Positions 30,697 to 40,331 of a stretch of 64,000 bases of DNA are shown here, one piece after another; within the stretch, counting starts at the first letter, position 1; each line of letters opens with the position of its first letter. The position numbers and the translations under genes are program-made. Origin of the DNA: Candidatus Sulfobium sp. (GTDB taxonomy: Bacteria > Nitrospirota > Thermodesulfovibrionia > Thermodesulfovibrionales > UBA6898); assembly GCA_037380845.1 (NCBI GenBank), contig JARRRI010000004.1:52252-116251 (forward strand), given 5' to 3'. The notes under the pieces are model-generated. The model ran no database searches, was not told the origin of the DNA, and saw only the letters and a list, made by a program, of their open reading frames with translations.

Positions 30697-32030
30697 TGGG
30701 TAAGCTTTCGGTCTTCATATTCGTGCTCTTCCTGGCGGCCTTGGCGGTATTCGCCATTCACAACAAGGAACTGACGACGGTCACCATTCCTTTTGATGCC
30801 GTCTATGAGCTCCCCAAGATTGCCCTGATCCTCCTTTCCAGCGCAGGGGGGGCGCTTGCCATGCTGCTGATATTCGCATTCCGCGACACCAAGAAATTCA
30901 TCGACAATATACAGTTCCAGAAGAAGCAGAAGCGTGACATCAAGTTCCAGGAACTTTATTCAAAGGCGCTCAACTCGATCCTGGCCCATAAGGAAGACAC
31001 GGCCAGGGAAGCCCTTGGAGAAATACTCGCCGAAGAGCCCGACCACATCGATTCCCTGCTCCGGCTGGGGGACATCTATGCCTCCGAGGAAGACTACCAG
31101 AAGGCGAACACCTATTACCAGAAGGCGAGAGCGGTGAATCCGCGGAATATCGAGACGCTCTTCGCCATCGAGGAACTGCTCGAAAAAGGCGGCAGGTGGT
31201 CGGAAGCGCTGAAGTATGTAGAGGACATCCTGGAAATAGATGAAGACAACCTTACCGCCATGTACCGAAAGAGGGGACTGCTTGAAAAACAGTCGAAGTG
31301 GGACGACCTCGTATACCTGCAGAAGGCGATCCTCAAGCATGAGCACAGCGAAAAGGACAGGAAACGTGAACACCAGAACCTGATAGGATACAAATACGAA
31401 TACGGCCGGCACAGTCTCGAAAACAACCAGCTGGAGAAGGCAAAAAAGGCTTTCAAGACGGTCCTCCGCCTGGATAAGGACTTCACGCCTGCAACCCTGG
31501 GCATTGCGGAGGTGATGCTGAGGGAGGGGGAGAGTGAGGAAGCGGTCAACCTGCTGGAAAAGGCTTACGAGAGCACGTCTTCCGTCATCGTTCTTGCCAG
31601 ACTGGAGGACCTGCTGATAAGTCTGGGAGAGCCTTCCAGGATAATCCGCATCTATAAGAGCGCCATTTCCAGGCGTCCCAACGACCCGACAGTCAGATTT
31701 TTCCTGGCCAAGCTCTTTTACAGGCTCGAAATGATCGACGATGCAATCGACACCCTGTCGGGCCTGGATATCGCCGGCCTGCCCTATCCCGAACTTCACC
31801 AGCTCATGGGCAGTCTTTACATGAGGAGAAACCAGCCTGCGAAGGCGGTCGAGGAATATCAGAAGGTCGTGGAGATCAGGAAATCGCTCATGCTGGCCTA
31901 TTGCTGTAAGGAATGCGGGTTTAATGCCGAAGAGTGGTCCGGAAGATGCCCCGACTGCGGCAGCTGGAATACATACCAGTTCAACCTTGACGGTACGTGT
32001 TCGACCCTGGGCGCCGGACAGCCCGCATGA
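30696..32030 (+). CDS. lapB: LapA-domain/LapB-like fusion (TM hairpin, TPR, C-terminal rubredoxin)
   Basis: Two N-terminal TMs around FAIHN, TPR repeats, CKECG...CPDCGSW. Confidence 0.75.
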   Translation: MGKLSVFIFVLFLAALAVFAIHNKELTTVTIPFDAVYELPKIALILLSSAGGALAMLLIFAFRDTKKFIDNIQFQKKQKRDIKFQELYSKALNSILAHKEDTAREALGEILAEEPDHIDSLLRLGDIYASEEDYQKANTYYQKARAVNPRNIETLFAIEELLEKGGRWSEALKYVEDILEIDEDNLTAMYRKRGLLEKQSKWDDLVYLQKAILKHEHSEKDRKREHQNLIGYKYEYGRHSLENNQLEKAKKAFKTVLRLDKDFTPATLGIAEVMLREGESEEAVNLLEKAYESTSSVIVLARLEDLLISLGEPSRIIRIYKSAISRRPNDPTVRFFLAKLFYRLEMIDDAIDTLSGLDIAGLPYPELHQLMGSLYMRRNQPAKAVEEYQKVVEIRKSLMLAYCCKECGFNAEEWSGRCPDCGSWNTYQFNLDGTCSTLGAGQPA

Positions 32031-32788
32031 AGGCGGTCCACTTGGGAAAACTGGTCTCCCTGCTCGACAGTGAACTCTGCCTTGATGAATTTCCGGATGA
32101 CGAAAGCAGTAACGGCCTTCAGGTCGGGGGCCGCGAAACAGTCCGGAAAATCGGGGTCGCGGTGGACGCCTGCGGCAGCGTTTTCGAGAAGGCCGCCGAC
32201 AGGAAGATCGATTTTCTGATCGTTCACCACGGACTGATCTGGGGCGGAATCAAATCCATAACAGGGGTGATGAGAAGAAGGATAGGGATGCTCCTCAGTT
32301 CGGAGATGTCCCTTTACGCATGTCACCTCCCCCTTGACTGGCATCCTGAATATGGCAACAACGCCGGACTCCTGAAGACCCTTTCCGTCAGGAAAGCCGG
32401 GGAATTCGGTTCGTATCACGGAAAAAGGATAGGATATTGGGGAAAGACCGCGAAAGAGACGTCCGTCGAGAAGTTCGTCTCGACCGTCGACAGCAGGCTG
32501 AAGACGACCTCTTCATGGATAAGCTTCGGCCGGAAGGTGAGAAGCGTGGGTGTTGTCTCGGGGGGAGGATGGTCGGCCCTGGCCGACGCCGAAAAGATTG
32601 ACATCGATACGTTCCTGACGGGAGAGCCCTCGCATAGCGGATACAGCCTTGCAGAGGAGATGGGAATAAACCTCATATTCTCGGGCCATTACGCCACGGA
32701 GACGCTGGGCGTTAAGGCGGTGGGGGAGATGCTGAAAAAGAAATTGGGCCTGCCGGTCGAATTCATCGACCATCCTACGGGGCTTTGA
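32027..32788 (+). CDS. Nif3-like dinuclear metal-center protein
   Basis: NGLQV, IVHHG, HLPLD, GHYATE; ATG overlaps upstream stop (ATGA). Confidence 0.92.
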   Translation: MKAVHLGKLVSLLDSELCLDEFPDDESSNGLQVGGRETVRKIGVAVDACGSVFEKAADRKIDFLIVHHGLIWGGIKSITGVMRRRIGMLLSSEMSLYACHLPLDWHPEYGNNAGLLKTLSVRKAGEFGSYHGKRIGYWGKTAKETSVEKFVSTVDSRLKTTSSWISFGRKVRSVGVVSGGGWSALADAEKIDIDTFLTGEPSHSGYSLAEEMGINLIFSGHYATETLGVKAVGEMLKKKLGLPVEFIDHPTGL

Positions 32789-32913
32789 CATATTGACCTT
32801 ACAGTTGCAAAATTTTTCACACAGATACGGCAAAGACTTGAATGACGGGGCTTTTCAAGCATGCTGAGACTACCGAATCCACAGGATGTTAAGGCCAGGT
32901 TGAGCCTCTTTTC

Positions 32914-32991
32914 CGTCATGCGCGGGGTTCTTAGTCGGGCATCCAATCTGTCTGAAAACCTGGATACCCGATTGCTACCTAGGGATTGACG
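32914..32991. repeat. Degenerate CGTC-tagged palindromic repeat, copy D
   Basis: CGTCATG...TCGGGCATCCA...TGGATACCCGA...GGGATTGACG. Confidence 0.55.
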
Positions 32992-33000
32992 ACTTTTTCT

Positions 33001-33071
33001 TTAGGGTAACGCCCCTGCCTTCGGCATCCCCTCTTAAGATAAGAGGGGGAAGGAGGAGTTATGATTCCGGG
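33001..33071. repeat. CCCCTCT/AGAGGGG palindromic repeat, copy 2
   Basis: CCCCTCTTA-AGA-TAAGAGGGG hairpin; matches 29111-29176. Confidence 0.75.
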
Positions 33072-33082
33072 GGGCTCGTGTG

Positions 33083-33898
33083 CTATTTCTCGACCGTGCC
33101 CCTGAAGACATCCTTTATCTTCTTAAGAATCTCCGGATGGACATACCTGTTTCCCGCAACCACATTCCCTGTCGAAAGAAAATCGGTCCCCCCTCCAAAG
33201 TCGGTGATCATCCCTCCAGCCTCGGCTATCAGAAGGCTTCCGGCGGCTATGTCCCAGGGACTCAGCTTCAACTCGAAGAAACCCTCGAACCTGCCGGCTG
33301 CCACGCAGGCAAGGTCGATGGCGGCCGAACCGGCGCGCCTGATGTCGCTCACCTCTTCGAATACCCGTTTGAATGCCCTCAGATAGAGGTCGATCATCTC
33401 CTTCGCCCTGAAGGGGAAGCCGGTGGCGATGAGGCTTTTTTCGGGTTCTGTTGTCTCAGACACCCATAATTTTCGGTTGTTGAGGAACGCCCCTTTCCCA
33501 TTCACAGCGTGAAACAACTCGTCTCTCACCGGGTCGAAGACCACGCCGATGACCAGCTCCCTTTCGTATTCGAGCGCGATTGAGACCGAAAACATCGGAT
33601 ATCCATGGATGTAGTTCGTCGTCCCGTCCAGCGGGTCTATGATCCACCGGAAATCTCCCGTGTCATCCTGCTTCAGCGTCTCCTCCGTGAGAAAGCGGTG
33701 CGACGGGAATTTCTCCCTTATCGTCTGCATGATCACCGCCTCGGACCATCTGTCCACCTTTGTGACGAAGTCGAAGGCCTGCTTGTTCTGCACGTCTTCC
33801 TTAGAAAGACCGCCAAGGTTTTTGATGATGATGTCGCCCGCAAGCCGCGCAGCGGAGACGGCGATCTTTAGAAACTTGTCAGGGAGGTTATCCGTCAT
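33083..33898 (-). CDS. suhB: Inositol monophosphatase family protein
   Basis: DFVTKVD, WIIDPLDGTTNY, RRAGSAA, WDIAAG. Confidence 0.92.
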   Translation of the reverse strand: MTDNLPDKFLKIAVSAARLAGDIIIKNLGGLSKEDVQNKQAFDFVTKVDRWSEAVIMQTIREKFPSHRFLTEETLKQDDTGDFRWIIDPLDGTTNYIHGYPMFSVSIALEYERELVIGVVFDPVRDELFHAVNGKGAFLNNRKLWVSETTEPEKSLIATGFPFRAKEMIDLYLRAFKRVFEEVSDIRRAGSAAIDLACVAAGRFEGFFELKLSPWDIAAGSLLIAEAGGMITDFGGGTDFLSTGNVVAGNRYVHPEILKKIKDVFRGTVEK

Positions 33899-33979
33899 GA
33901 TTAAAATGATATCACATCTGTGACCGGCCATCCTGTCTGCCTGGTTGACAGTCAGAGCCCCTTTATCGGAAAATCACTC

Positions 33980-34390
33980 ATGAAGCTCCTCATGTTCTAC
34001 ACAAAGGAATGGTGGTACAGGACGGCGGCAAAGACGCTCGAAGAGATGCCCGACCTTGACAGGGAAGAGAAAATTGAATACGCCGCCGTCATATTCTTTC
34101 ACTGTGAAGCAGAGGATGAAAATGACTTTGACGGCATCGTCAAGAAGTTTGCAAAGAACACAAAATGGCTTGCCGGCAAGTTTGATACGAAGAACGTTGT
34201 CCTCCATTCCTTCAACCATCTCTCGTCAAGCAAGGCCCCTCCTTTTATTGCGAAGAGAGTGCTCGATGAGGTGAAGTCGAGGCTGGAAAAGACAGGATAC
34301 CGCGTAATGACGACCCCCTTCGGGTACTTCAACGAGTTCAGGATGCACGTCGCCGGCGACTCTCTGGCGAAGGTCTTCAAGGAGTTTTGA
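33980..34390 (+). CDS. Free-standing archaeal-type threonyl-tRNA synthetase editing domain
   Basis: MKLLMF, VVLHSFNHLS, TPFGYF, GDSLAKVFKEF resemble the tRNA-Thr_ED (DTD-like) fold. Confidence 0.75.
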   Translation: MKLLMFYTKEWWYRTAAKTLEEMPDLDREEKIEYAAVIFFHCEAEDENDFDGIVKKFAKNTKWLAGKFDTKNVVLHSFNHLSSSKAPPFIAKRVLDEVKSRLEKTGYRVMTTPFGYFNEFRMHVAGDSLAKVFKEF

Positions 34391-34465
34391 ACGGATCATC
34401 CCTGAACATGAAAGTTCGCTGCAGAAACTCAGATGTCTTCCGTAACCGGCGGATTCGTAGAAAAT

Positions 34466-34548
34466 CGTCATACCCGCGAAGGCGGGTATCCAAGTCAGAT
34501 AGAACGCTTGAAAGAATGGATTCCCGATTGAGGACTTCGGGAATGACG
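34466..34548. repeat. CGTC-tagged palindromic repeat, copy C
   Basis: CGTCATACCCGCGAAGGCGGGTATCCA...TGGATTCCCGATTGAGGACTTCGGGAATGACG; arms match copy B. Confidence 0.8.
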
Positions 34549-34586
34549 GCTCAAAAAAAGAGGTTCACATCCGCTGAAAGGCCTTG

Positions 34587-35204
34587 TTATCTCCGGCCGG
34601 CGCTTCCTCTCTGTCTCACCGCCTCGTAAAGGCAAATGGCTGCCGACGAGGCGACGTTGAGGCTCTCAGCACCTCCGTAAATGGGTATTTTGACCGTAAG
34701 GTCGGCCTCTTCCTTCAATTCCCTGCTTACCCCGTGCGCCTCGTTCCCGAAGGCAAAGGCACCAGGATACGTAAGATCGGCATCATACAAAATATCGGTT
34801 GCATCGGGGGAAGTGACGGTCATTTTAATGGAACGCTCCTTCATCCATTTCATGAGCGGCGCAATTTCTGTTTCCACCACCGGGATGTTGAAGACGCTGC
34901 CGGCCGAGGCCCTCAGGGGCTTGGGCATGAAGGGGTCGCATGTCCCCGGCAGGAGGACCACGGCGTGGGCACCGGCGGCGTCGGAGGTCCTGATGATAGT
35001 GCCCAGGTTTCCGGGGTCCTTTATCCCGTCCAGAACGACGACCATAGGCGGACCCGACGTTTTCACTCTTTCCAGCCGGAGCGGCCGATATGAAACGACC
35101 GCGCTGCCACTTTCCGGACGACTGAGGTAATTGTCCCCGTCCCGGCAGGGTCTTGTATCGTCTTCCGGCGAAAGCCGACGGAAACACTTGGGACCGTCGA
35201 TCAT
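34587..35204 (-). pseudogene. TrmH/SpoU-family RNA 2'-O-methyltransferase, N-terminal substrate-binding domain missing
   Basis: DPGNLGTIIR, FGNEAHG, ESLNVASS intact; recognisable sequence begins only at AVVSY (~35103). Confidence 0.7.
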
Positions 35205-35283
35205 AAATTGCTGTCATAACAGGGAAAATTGACTAAATCTGCGGTATTATTTTAGAGTAGATAAATACCACAGGAGGGCGAAA

Positions 35284-36576
35284 TTGACGAGCGCAGTTGA
35301 AAATATCAGCGGTACCAAGAAACGTCTGAAGATAGAAATACCGACCGACGTTGTGGAGAAAGAATACACGGAGTCGATCGACAAGGTGAAACAGAGGGCC
35401 AGGATACCGGGTTTCAGGCCGGGCAAGGCCCCCTCGAGCCTGATCGAGAAAAAATTCGGAGAAGACATAAAGGCTGAAATCATTGACAAGCTGGTACCCC
35501 GGTACTATTCCGATGCCTTGAAAGAAGCGGAACTGGTTCCGGTGACGATGCCGGAGTTCGAGACGGCGGTTGAACTGAAGAGGAACGAGCCCCTTTCCTT
35601 CGCCCTTACGGTTGAGGTGAGACCGGCGGTGCCTGACTTCGAATATACGGGACTCGAGGTGGAGGAGTCCGTCCCGGAAGTGGAAGAGAAAGAAATAGAC
35701 GAGATGATCGAGGGGTTGCGGGAAGAGAGGGCGATGTTCGAGGCCGTGGACAGGGAGATCAGGAAAGACGATCTCCTGGTAATCGATTACGTTAAGCTCG
35801 ATCCCTCCGGCGAGAAGGAACTGTCTTCAGCGAAGGAGCAGGTAATGGACCTCGGCAACAAGCTGGCCCCCCCGGCAATACTCGAATCCCTGGTAGGCAG
35901 AAGGAAAGGCGATTTGGTGGATATATCGGTGCCCTCATTCGAAAAGGGTGAGGCAAAGGAAGAAGAGCCGGGCGGCGGGAGCCTCGTCAGGATAACCGTC
36001 AAGGAGGTCAAGGAAAAGAAGTTGCCTGAGGTAGACGACGAATTTGCCAAAGATTTCGGCAGCGAAACGATCTCGGCCTTCCGGGAGAACGTCAGGGAGA
36101 AGATCGCGCAGGCAAAGAAGGACAAGGCTGCGGCCGGGCAGAAGGAGAAGCTCCTCGACAGGCTGGTCGAGAGTCATGAATTCGAAGTCCCCGAGGCGCT
36201 TCTTGAACATGAGCTTGACAAACTGGTGGTGAATGAAAAGCATTCCCGAAATAAGCCGGGGGCACCCGGTGATGAGAAGCCCGTTGAAGAGGAAGATTCC
36301 GCCATAGCCGAGAGACTGAGACCGAAGGCCGTACACAACGTGAAGGCGGGAATTCTGCTGGACATAATCGCGGAGAAGGAAGGCATCACAGCCACCGAAG
36401 AAGAGATGAAGACGAGGATAGGTCTTCTGGCCAGACATCTGCAGACTACACCAGACGCTGTGATCAACCTCTTTGTCACCAGGGACGGATCACTTGATAC
36501 GTTCAGAAGGACGATCAGAGACGAGAAGGTCATGGACCTCGTTTTATCGAAAGCTGAAAAGGTAAAAGGAGCATAA
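35284..36576 (+). CDS. tig: Trigger factor
   Basis: IPGFRPGKAP signature; TTG start with AGGAGG SD; precedes clpP-clpX. Confidence 0.95.
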   Translation: MTSAVENISGTKKRLKIEIPTDVVEKEYTESIDKVKQRARIPGFRPGKAPSSLIEKKFGEDIKAEIIDKLVPRYYSDALKEAELVPVTMPEFETAVELKRNEPLSFALTVEVRPAVPDFEYTGLEVEESVPEVEEKEIDEMIEGLREERAMFEAVDREIRKDDLLVIDYVKLDPSGEKELSSAKEQVMDLGNKLAPPAILESLVGRRKGDLVDISVPSFEKGEAKEEEPGGGSLVRITVKEVKEKKLPEVDDEFAKDFGSETISAFRENVREKIAQAKKDKAAAGQKEKLLDRLVESHEFEVPEALLEHELDKLVVNEKHSRNKPGAPGDEKPVEEEDSAIAERLRPKAVHNVKAGILLDIIAEKEGITATEEEMKTRIGLLARHLQTTPDAVINLFVTRDGSLDTFRRTIRDEKVMDLVLSKAEKVKGA

Positions 36577-36579
36577 ATA

Positions 36580-37176
36580 ATGAGTGTAATACCTATCGTA
36601 ATAGAGCAGACCGGGAGGTCCGAAAGGGCCTATGACATATACTCGAGACTGCTCAAGGACAGGATAATCTTTCTGGGCACCGCCATAGACGATATAGTGG
36701 CTAACACGGTGATCGCCCAGATCCTCTTCCTGCAGACGGAAGACCCGGATAAAGACATACACATATATGTGAATTCACCCGGAGGGGTGGTGTCGTCGGG
36801 GCTGGCCATATACGACACCATGCAGTACGTCAAACCCGACATCTCCACTTACTGCATAGGACAGGCGGCGAGCATGGGGGCGCTCCTCCTGGCGGCCGGC
36901 ACGAAGGGCAAGAGGTTCGCCCTCCCCCATTCTCGGGTCATGATCCACCAGCCGATGGGAGGGTTTCAGGGCCAGGCAACGGACATCGAGATCCATGCCA
37001 AGGAAATACTTAAGATGAAGGATACGCTTAACAGGATAATTTCGAACCACACGGGTCAGTCTCTCGAAAAGATACAGACCGATACCGACAGGGACTTCTT
37101 TATGTCGGGAGAGGAGGCGAAGGCCTACGGAATAGTGGACGAGGTGATCCATACCGTCAAGAAAAAGGAAGGATGA
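36580..37176 (+). CDS. clpP: ATP-dependent Clp protease proteolytic subunit
   Basis: [29 protein letters not shown]. Confidence 0.98.
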   Translation: MSVIPIVIEQTGRSERAYDIYSRLLKDRIIFLGTAIDDIVANTVIAQILFLQTEDPDKDIHIYVNSPGGVVSSGLAIYDTMQYVKPDISTYCIGQAASMGALLLAAGTKGKRFALPHSRVMIHQPMGGFQGQATDIEIHAKEILKMKDTLNRIISNHTGQSLEKIQTDTDRDFFMSGEEAKAYGIVDEVIHTVKKKEG

Positions 37177-37247
37177 CCGGAGGTCTGTGCACCAACTGTT
37201 GAAGAACGTTAAACGTCAATGAAGTTTTTTATTCAGTGGAGGATTAG

Positions 37248-38489
37248 ATGGCAAGAAAAGATGAGGAAGCTCTGAAGTGCTCATTCTGCGGCAAGGGACA
37301 GGAGGAAGTCAAGAAGCTTATCGCCGGTCCCACGGTTTATATTTGTAATGAGTGTATCGAGCTTTGCAATGAAATAATAGCGGACGAACTCTATGTGGAT
37401 GCGGGGAAGGAGCTGCTTCCGAAGCTCCCTACCCCAAAGGAAATACACGCCGTTCTCAATGATTTCGTGGTAGGGCAGGAGAAGGCGAAGAAGACACTTT
37501 CCGTGGCGGTTCACAACCATTACAAGAGGATTTACAACCCTTCGGAATCGGATATAGAGCTCCAGAAGAGCAACATCCTTCTGATCGGGCCTACCGGCAC
37601 GGGCAAGACCCTTCTGGCCCAGACCCTGGCGAGGATCCTCGACGTCCCCTTCACCATTGCGGACGCTACGACCCTCACCGAGGCGGGCTATGTAGGCGAG
37701 GACGTGGAGAATATCATACTGAAACTCCTTCAGTCGGCCGATTACGACGTCGAAAAGGCTCAGAGGGGCATAGTTTACATCGACGAGATAGACAAGATCA
37801 GCAGGAAATCGGACAACCCCTCGATTACCCGGGACGTATCCGGCGAAGGTGTGCAGCAGGCCCTGCTCAAGATCGTGGAGGGTACTATTGCGAACATCCC
37901 TCCGCAGGGAGGCCGCAAACACCCCCAGCAGGACTTCATCCAGGTGGACACGTCGAACATCCTCTTCGTCTGCGGGGGCGCCTTTGTGGGCCTGGACGGC
38001 ATTGTGGAGCAGAGGACGGGGAAGAAGACCATGGGTTTCGGGTCCAATGTGGTGAGCAGGACGGAGAAGAAGGTCGGCGATGTCCTGAGCATGACGGAGC
38101 CGGAAGACCTGATCAAGTACGGGATGATACCCGAATTTGTCGGGAGGCTCCCAGTGGTTACGACGCTGGAGGAACTCGACGAGGCCGCTCTCATCAGGAT
38201 ACTGGTGGAGCCCAAGAACTCGCTCATAAAGCAGTATCAGAAGCTTCTGTCCTTCGATAACGTGCGGCTGAAGTTCACTGACAGTGCGCTTCTGGCGGTC
38301 GCAAAGAAGGCGGTACAGCGGAAGTCCGGCGCCCGGGGCCTGAGGGCCATTCTCGAGGAGATCATGCTGGAGGTGATGTATGAGATACCCTCCCAGAAGG
38401 GGATCAAGGAATGCATGATAACCGAGGAAACAGTGACCAGGAAGGAAAAGCCCATCCTGATTTATGAGCAACAGGCGGAATCCGCCTAG
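37248..38489 (+). CDS. clpX: Clp protease ATP-binding subunit
   Basis: CSFCGK zinc finger, [26 protein letters not shown]. Confidence 0.98.
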   Translation: MARKDEEALKCSFCGKGQEEVKKLIAGPTVYICNECIELCNEIIADELYVDAGKELLPKLPTPKEIHAVLNDFVVGQEKAKKTLSVAVHNHYKRIYNPSESDIELQKSNILLIGPTGTGKTLLAQTLARILDVPFTIADATTLTEAGYVGEDVENIILKLLQSADYDVEKAQRGIVYIDEIDKISRKSDNPSITRDVSGEGVQQALLKIVEGTIANIPPQGGRKHPQQDFIQVDTSNILFVCGGAFVGLDGIVEQRTGKKTMGFGSNVVSRTEKKVGDVLSMTEPEDLIKYGMIPEFVGRLPVVTTLEELDEAALIRILVEPKNSLIKQYQKLLSFDNVRLKFTDSALLAVAKKAVQRKSGARGLRAILEEIMLEVMYEIPSQKGIKECMITEETVTRKEKPILIYEQQAESA

Positions 38490-38502
38490 CATGATTGAGG
38501 AG

Positions 38503-38527
38503 CCGGGGAACAGAACCTGTTCCCCGG
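38503..38527 (+). terminator. Perfect hairpin after clpX (possible terminator, no U tract)
   Basis: CCGGGGAACAG-AAC-CTGTTCCCCGG. Confidence 0.5.
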
Positions 38528-38928
38528 TCATCTCAACTCATTGCAGTATATGCTCCGCGTTTGGGTAAACTCAGACGTTGCAAAACAGCCCGAAAGGAGC
38601 GCCGAAAAAGTTTTGTAATGACGACAGGATTTTATTTATCTCCCACATAAATGAGCACTCAACGCCCGTTGGCCGCCGGAAAAAAGGCCGGCCGCCATTC
38701 TATACGGCTGTGAGGTGTCGCTACAAGACATTTTCCAGCGCCCCTTCCGGGCTTTCGGGAAATCTTTTTGCAAAAGTAAGGTAAACCTGCCGGCCTGCGC
38801 CGGAATCCGTTCTATACATTCCCTGCCCGGCAATAAGTTGCGGGAAGGAGTTTCACCTCTCCCGGATTAGTGGTAGACTTTAATGGAAGGCGTTTGAAGT
38901 TCCAACCGGATAATTAAGGAGGTACACA

Positions 38929-39552
38929 ATGAGAATGCGGGTGATTTCTCTTCTTACACTGGTCATGTTTGTCATTGGGACCGCCGGGTGTGCCAGCGTA
39001 AGCCAGCAGACACAGGAGCATCCGGGCGCGGCGACCGGAGCGGCGGTGGGAGCCGCGGGCGGGGCCGTGGCGGGGTCCCTGATGGGTGCTCACGGCGCCA
39101 GGACGGAGACTGCCATAATAGGAGGACTCCTCGGCGCGCTCGTCGGGGGACTGATCGGGCATTATGCGTATGATGTAAAAAGGTCGAGACAGGAGACGGA
39201 CAGGAAATATAACTATCAGCCCTCTGCAGGAGTCTCTATGAGGCTGGAGGACACGTCGGTCGAACCCCGGACGACAAGACCGGGGCAACAGGTGGAACTC
39301 CTGGCCACCTATGCCATCATGACTCCTTCACCGACGGAGGAGGTCCCCGTTACGGAGACGCGGGAGATCAAGTTCGGAAGCCAACTGGTTGGGAAACCGG
39401 AGGTGACGGTCAGACGCGGCGGCGGTACATATACGTCCCGGGTGCCCCTTACACTCCCTTCCGATGCGAAATCCGGAAAGTACAAGGTGTACACGACCAT
39501 TGCAATCGCCAATTCAAAGGATACCCGGGAGACGACTTTTGAAGTCAGGTAG
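38929..39552 (+). CDS. Glycine-zipper lipoprotein
   Basis: Lipobox TAGC, GAATGAAVGAAGGAVAG glycine zipper; SD AAGGAGG. Confidence 0.8.
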   Translation: MRMRVISLLTLVMFVIGTAGCASVSQQTQEHPGAATGAAVGAAGGAVAGSLMGAHGARTETAIIGGLLGALVGGLIGHYAYDVKRSRQETDRKYNYQPSAGVSMRLEDTSVEPRTTRPGQQVELLATYAIMTPSPTEEVPVTETREIKFGSQLVGKPEVTVRRGGGTYTSRVPLTLPSDAKSGKYKVYTTIAIANSKDTRETTFEVR

Positions 39553-39565
39553 AGGGAGGCAGAAG

Positions 39566-40018
39566 CTATGTTTGGTCTTCTGTCCTGCGGGCGGAGCATC
39601 TCATCGATTTTTCGGCCGCGCTCCTGATCGCCTGCCTCAGGTCCTCATCGTCCACGTCTGAGACAAGGGTCTCAACGAAGGAGGCGTCTTCCGCTGAAAG
39701 GCCGGCTGGCTCCCGGACGACCGGTCCGGGAGTTCTGACCCTGTATATCCTTCCGATCCTGAAACGTACGTCGCGGACTCCATGGTGCCTCAGCTTCTCA
39801 ACGATCTGCCGTTTATGGAAGGTGAGTTGCTGCATCCATATCGGCTGATCGACGTTCACGAGGAGTTCGCCTTCCGCGAGCTTCGACGGCGACATATGCA
39901 TCGAGAGGGTCGGGCCGAAGAGGGTATCCCATTCGCTTCTTATCCGGCCCAGCCGGACCCCGGCCGTCAAGCCGAGCCTCCTGATCAGCGGCGACAGCGC
40001 ATGAGACGCCTTTTCCAC
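39566..40018 (-). CDS. DUF721/DciA-family protein
   Basis: W..LFG..LSMHMSP, LLVNV...WMQQL pattern; GTG start right after rpmB stop. Confidence 0.7.
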   Translation of the reverse strand: MEKASHALSPLIRRLGLTAGVRLGRIRSEWDTLFGPTLSMHMSPSKLAEGELLVNVDQPIWMQQLTFHKRQIVEKLRHHGVRDVRFRIGRIYRVRTPGPVVREPAGLSAEDASFVETLVSDVDDEDLRQAIRSAAEKSMRCSARRTEDQT

Positions 40019-40020
40019 CC

Positions 40021-40209
40021 CTAGACCACTTTCTTTACGGCGCCGGAGCGGAGACACCTGGTGCAGACATAGGCCCTCTTCACCCCGCTGGATGTGGCGA
40101 TTCTGGTCCTCTGAAGGTTGGGCAGTACCTGTCTCTTCGTCCGGTTGTTGGCGTGGCTGACATTGTTGCCGACGGTCTTCTTCTTTCCACATGCGATACA
40201 GCTTGCCAA
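40021..40209 (-). CDS. rpmB: 50S ribosomal protein L28 (zinc-ribbon form)
   Basis: [33 protein letters not shown] start with SD. Confidence 0.96.
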   Translation of the reverse strand: MASCIACGKKKTVGNNVSHANNRTKRQVLPNLQRTRIATSSGVKRAYVCTRCLRSGAVKKVV

Positions 40210-40331
40210 TTGAGGTTCCTCCTTTCAGAAATTGCATAATAAGGCTTTTTTATGATAACATTTTAAGATTAACGAAACAAGAATGAAGCGCCCCGGTTTT
40301 TAGAGTGCAGGGGCGGGTTAGGCATCTGATA

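Noticed and set aside
7520..34548. Palindromic repeats as a possible CRISPR array
   Set aside because: Copies are dispersed over kilobases, not tandem with spacers, and there are no cas genes
35115..35190. CTGAGG...CGAAA as a hammerhead ribozyme core
   Set aside because: Core reads CUGAGGU rather than CUGANGA and the required stems could not be formed
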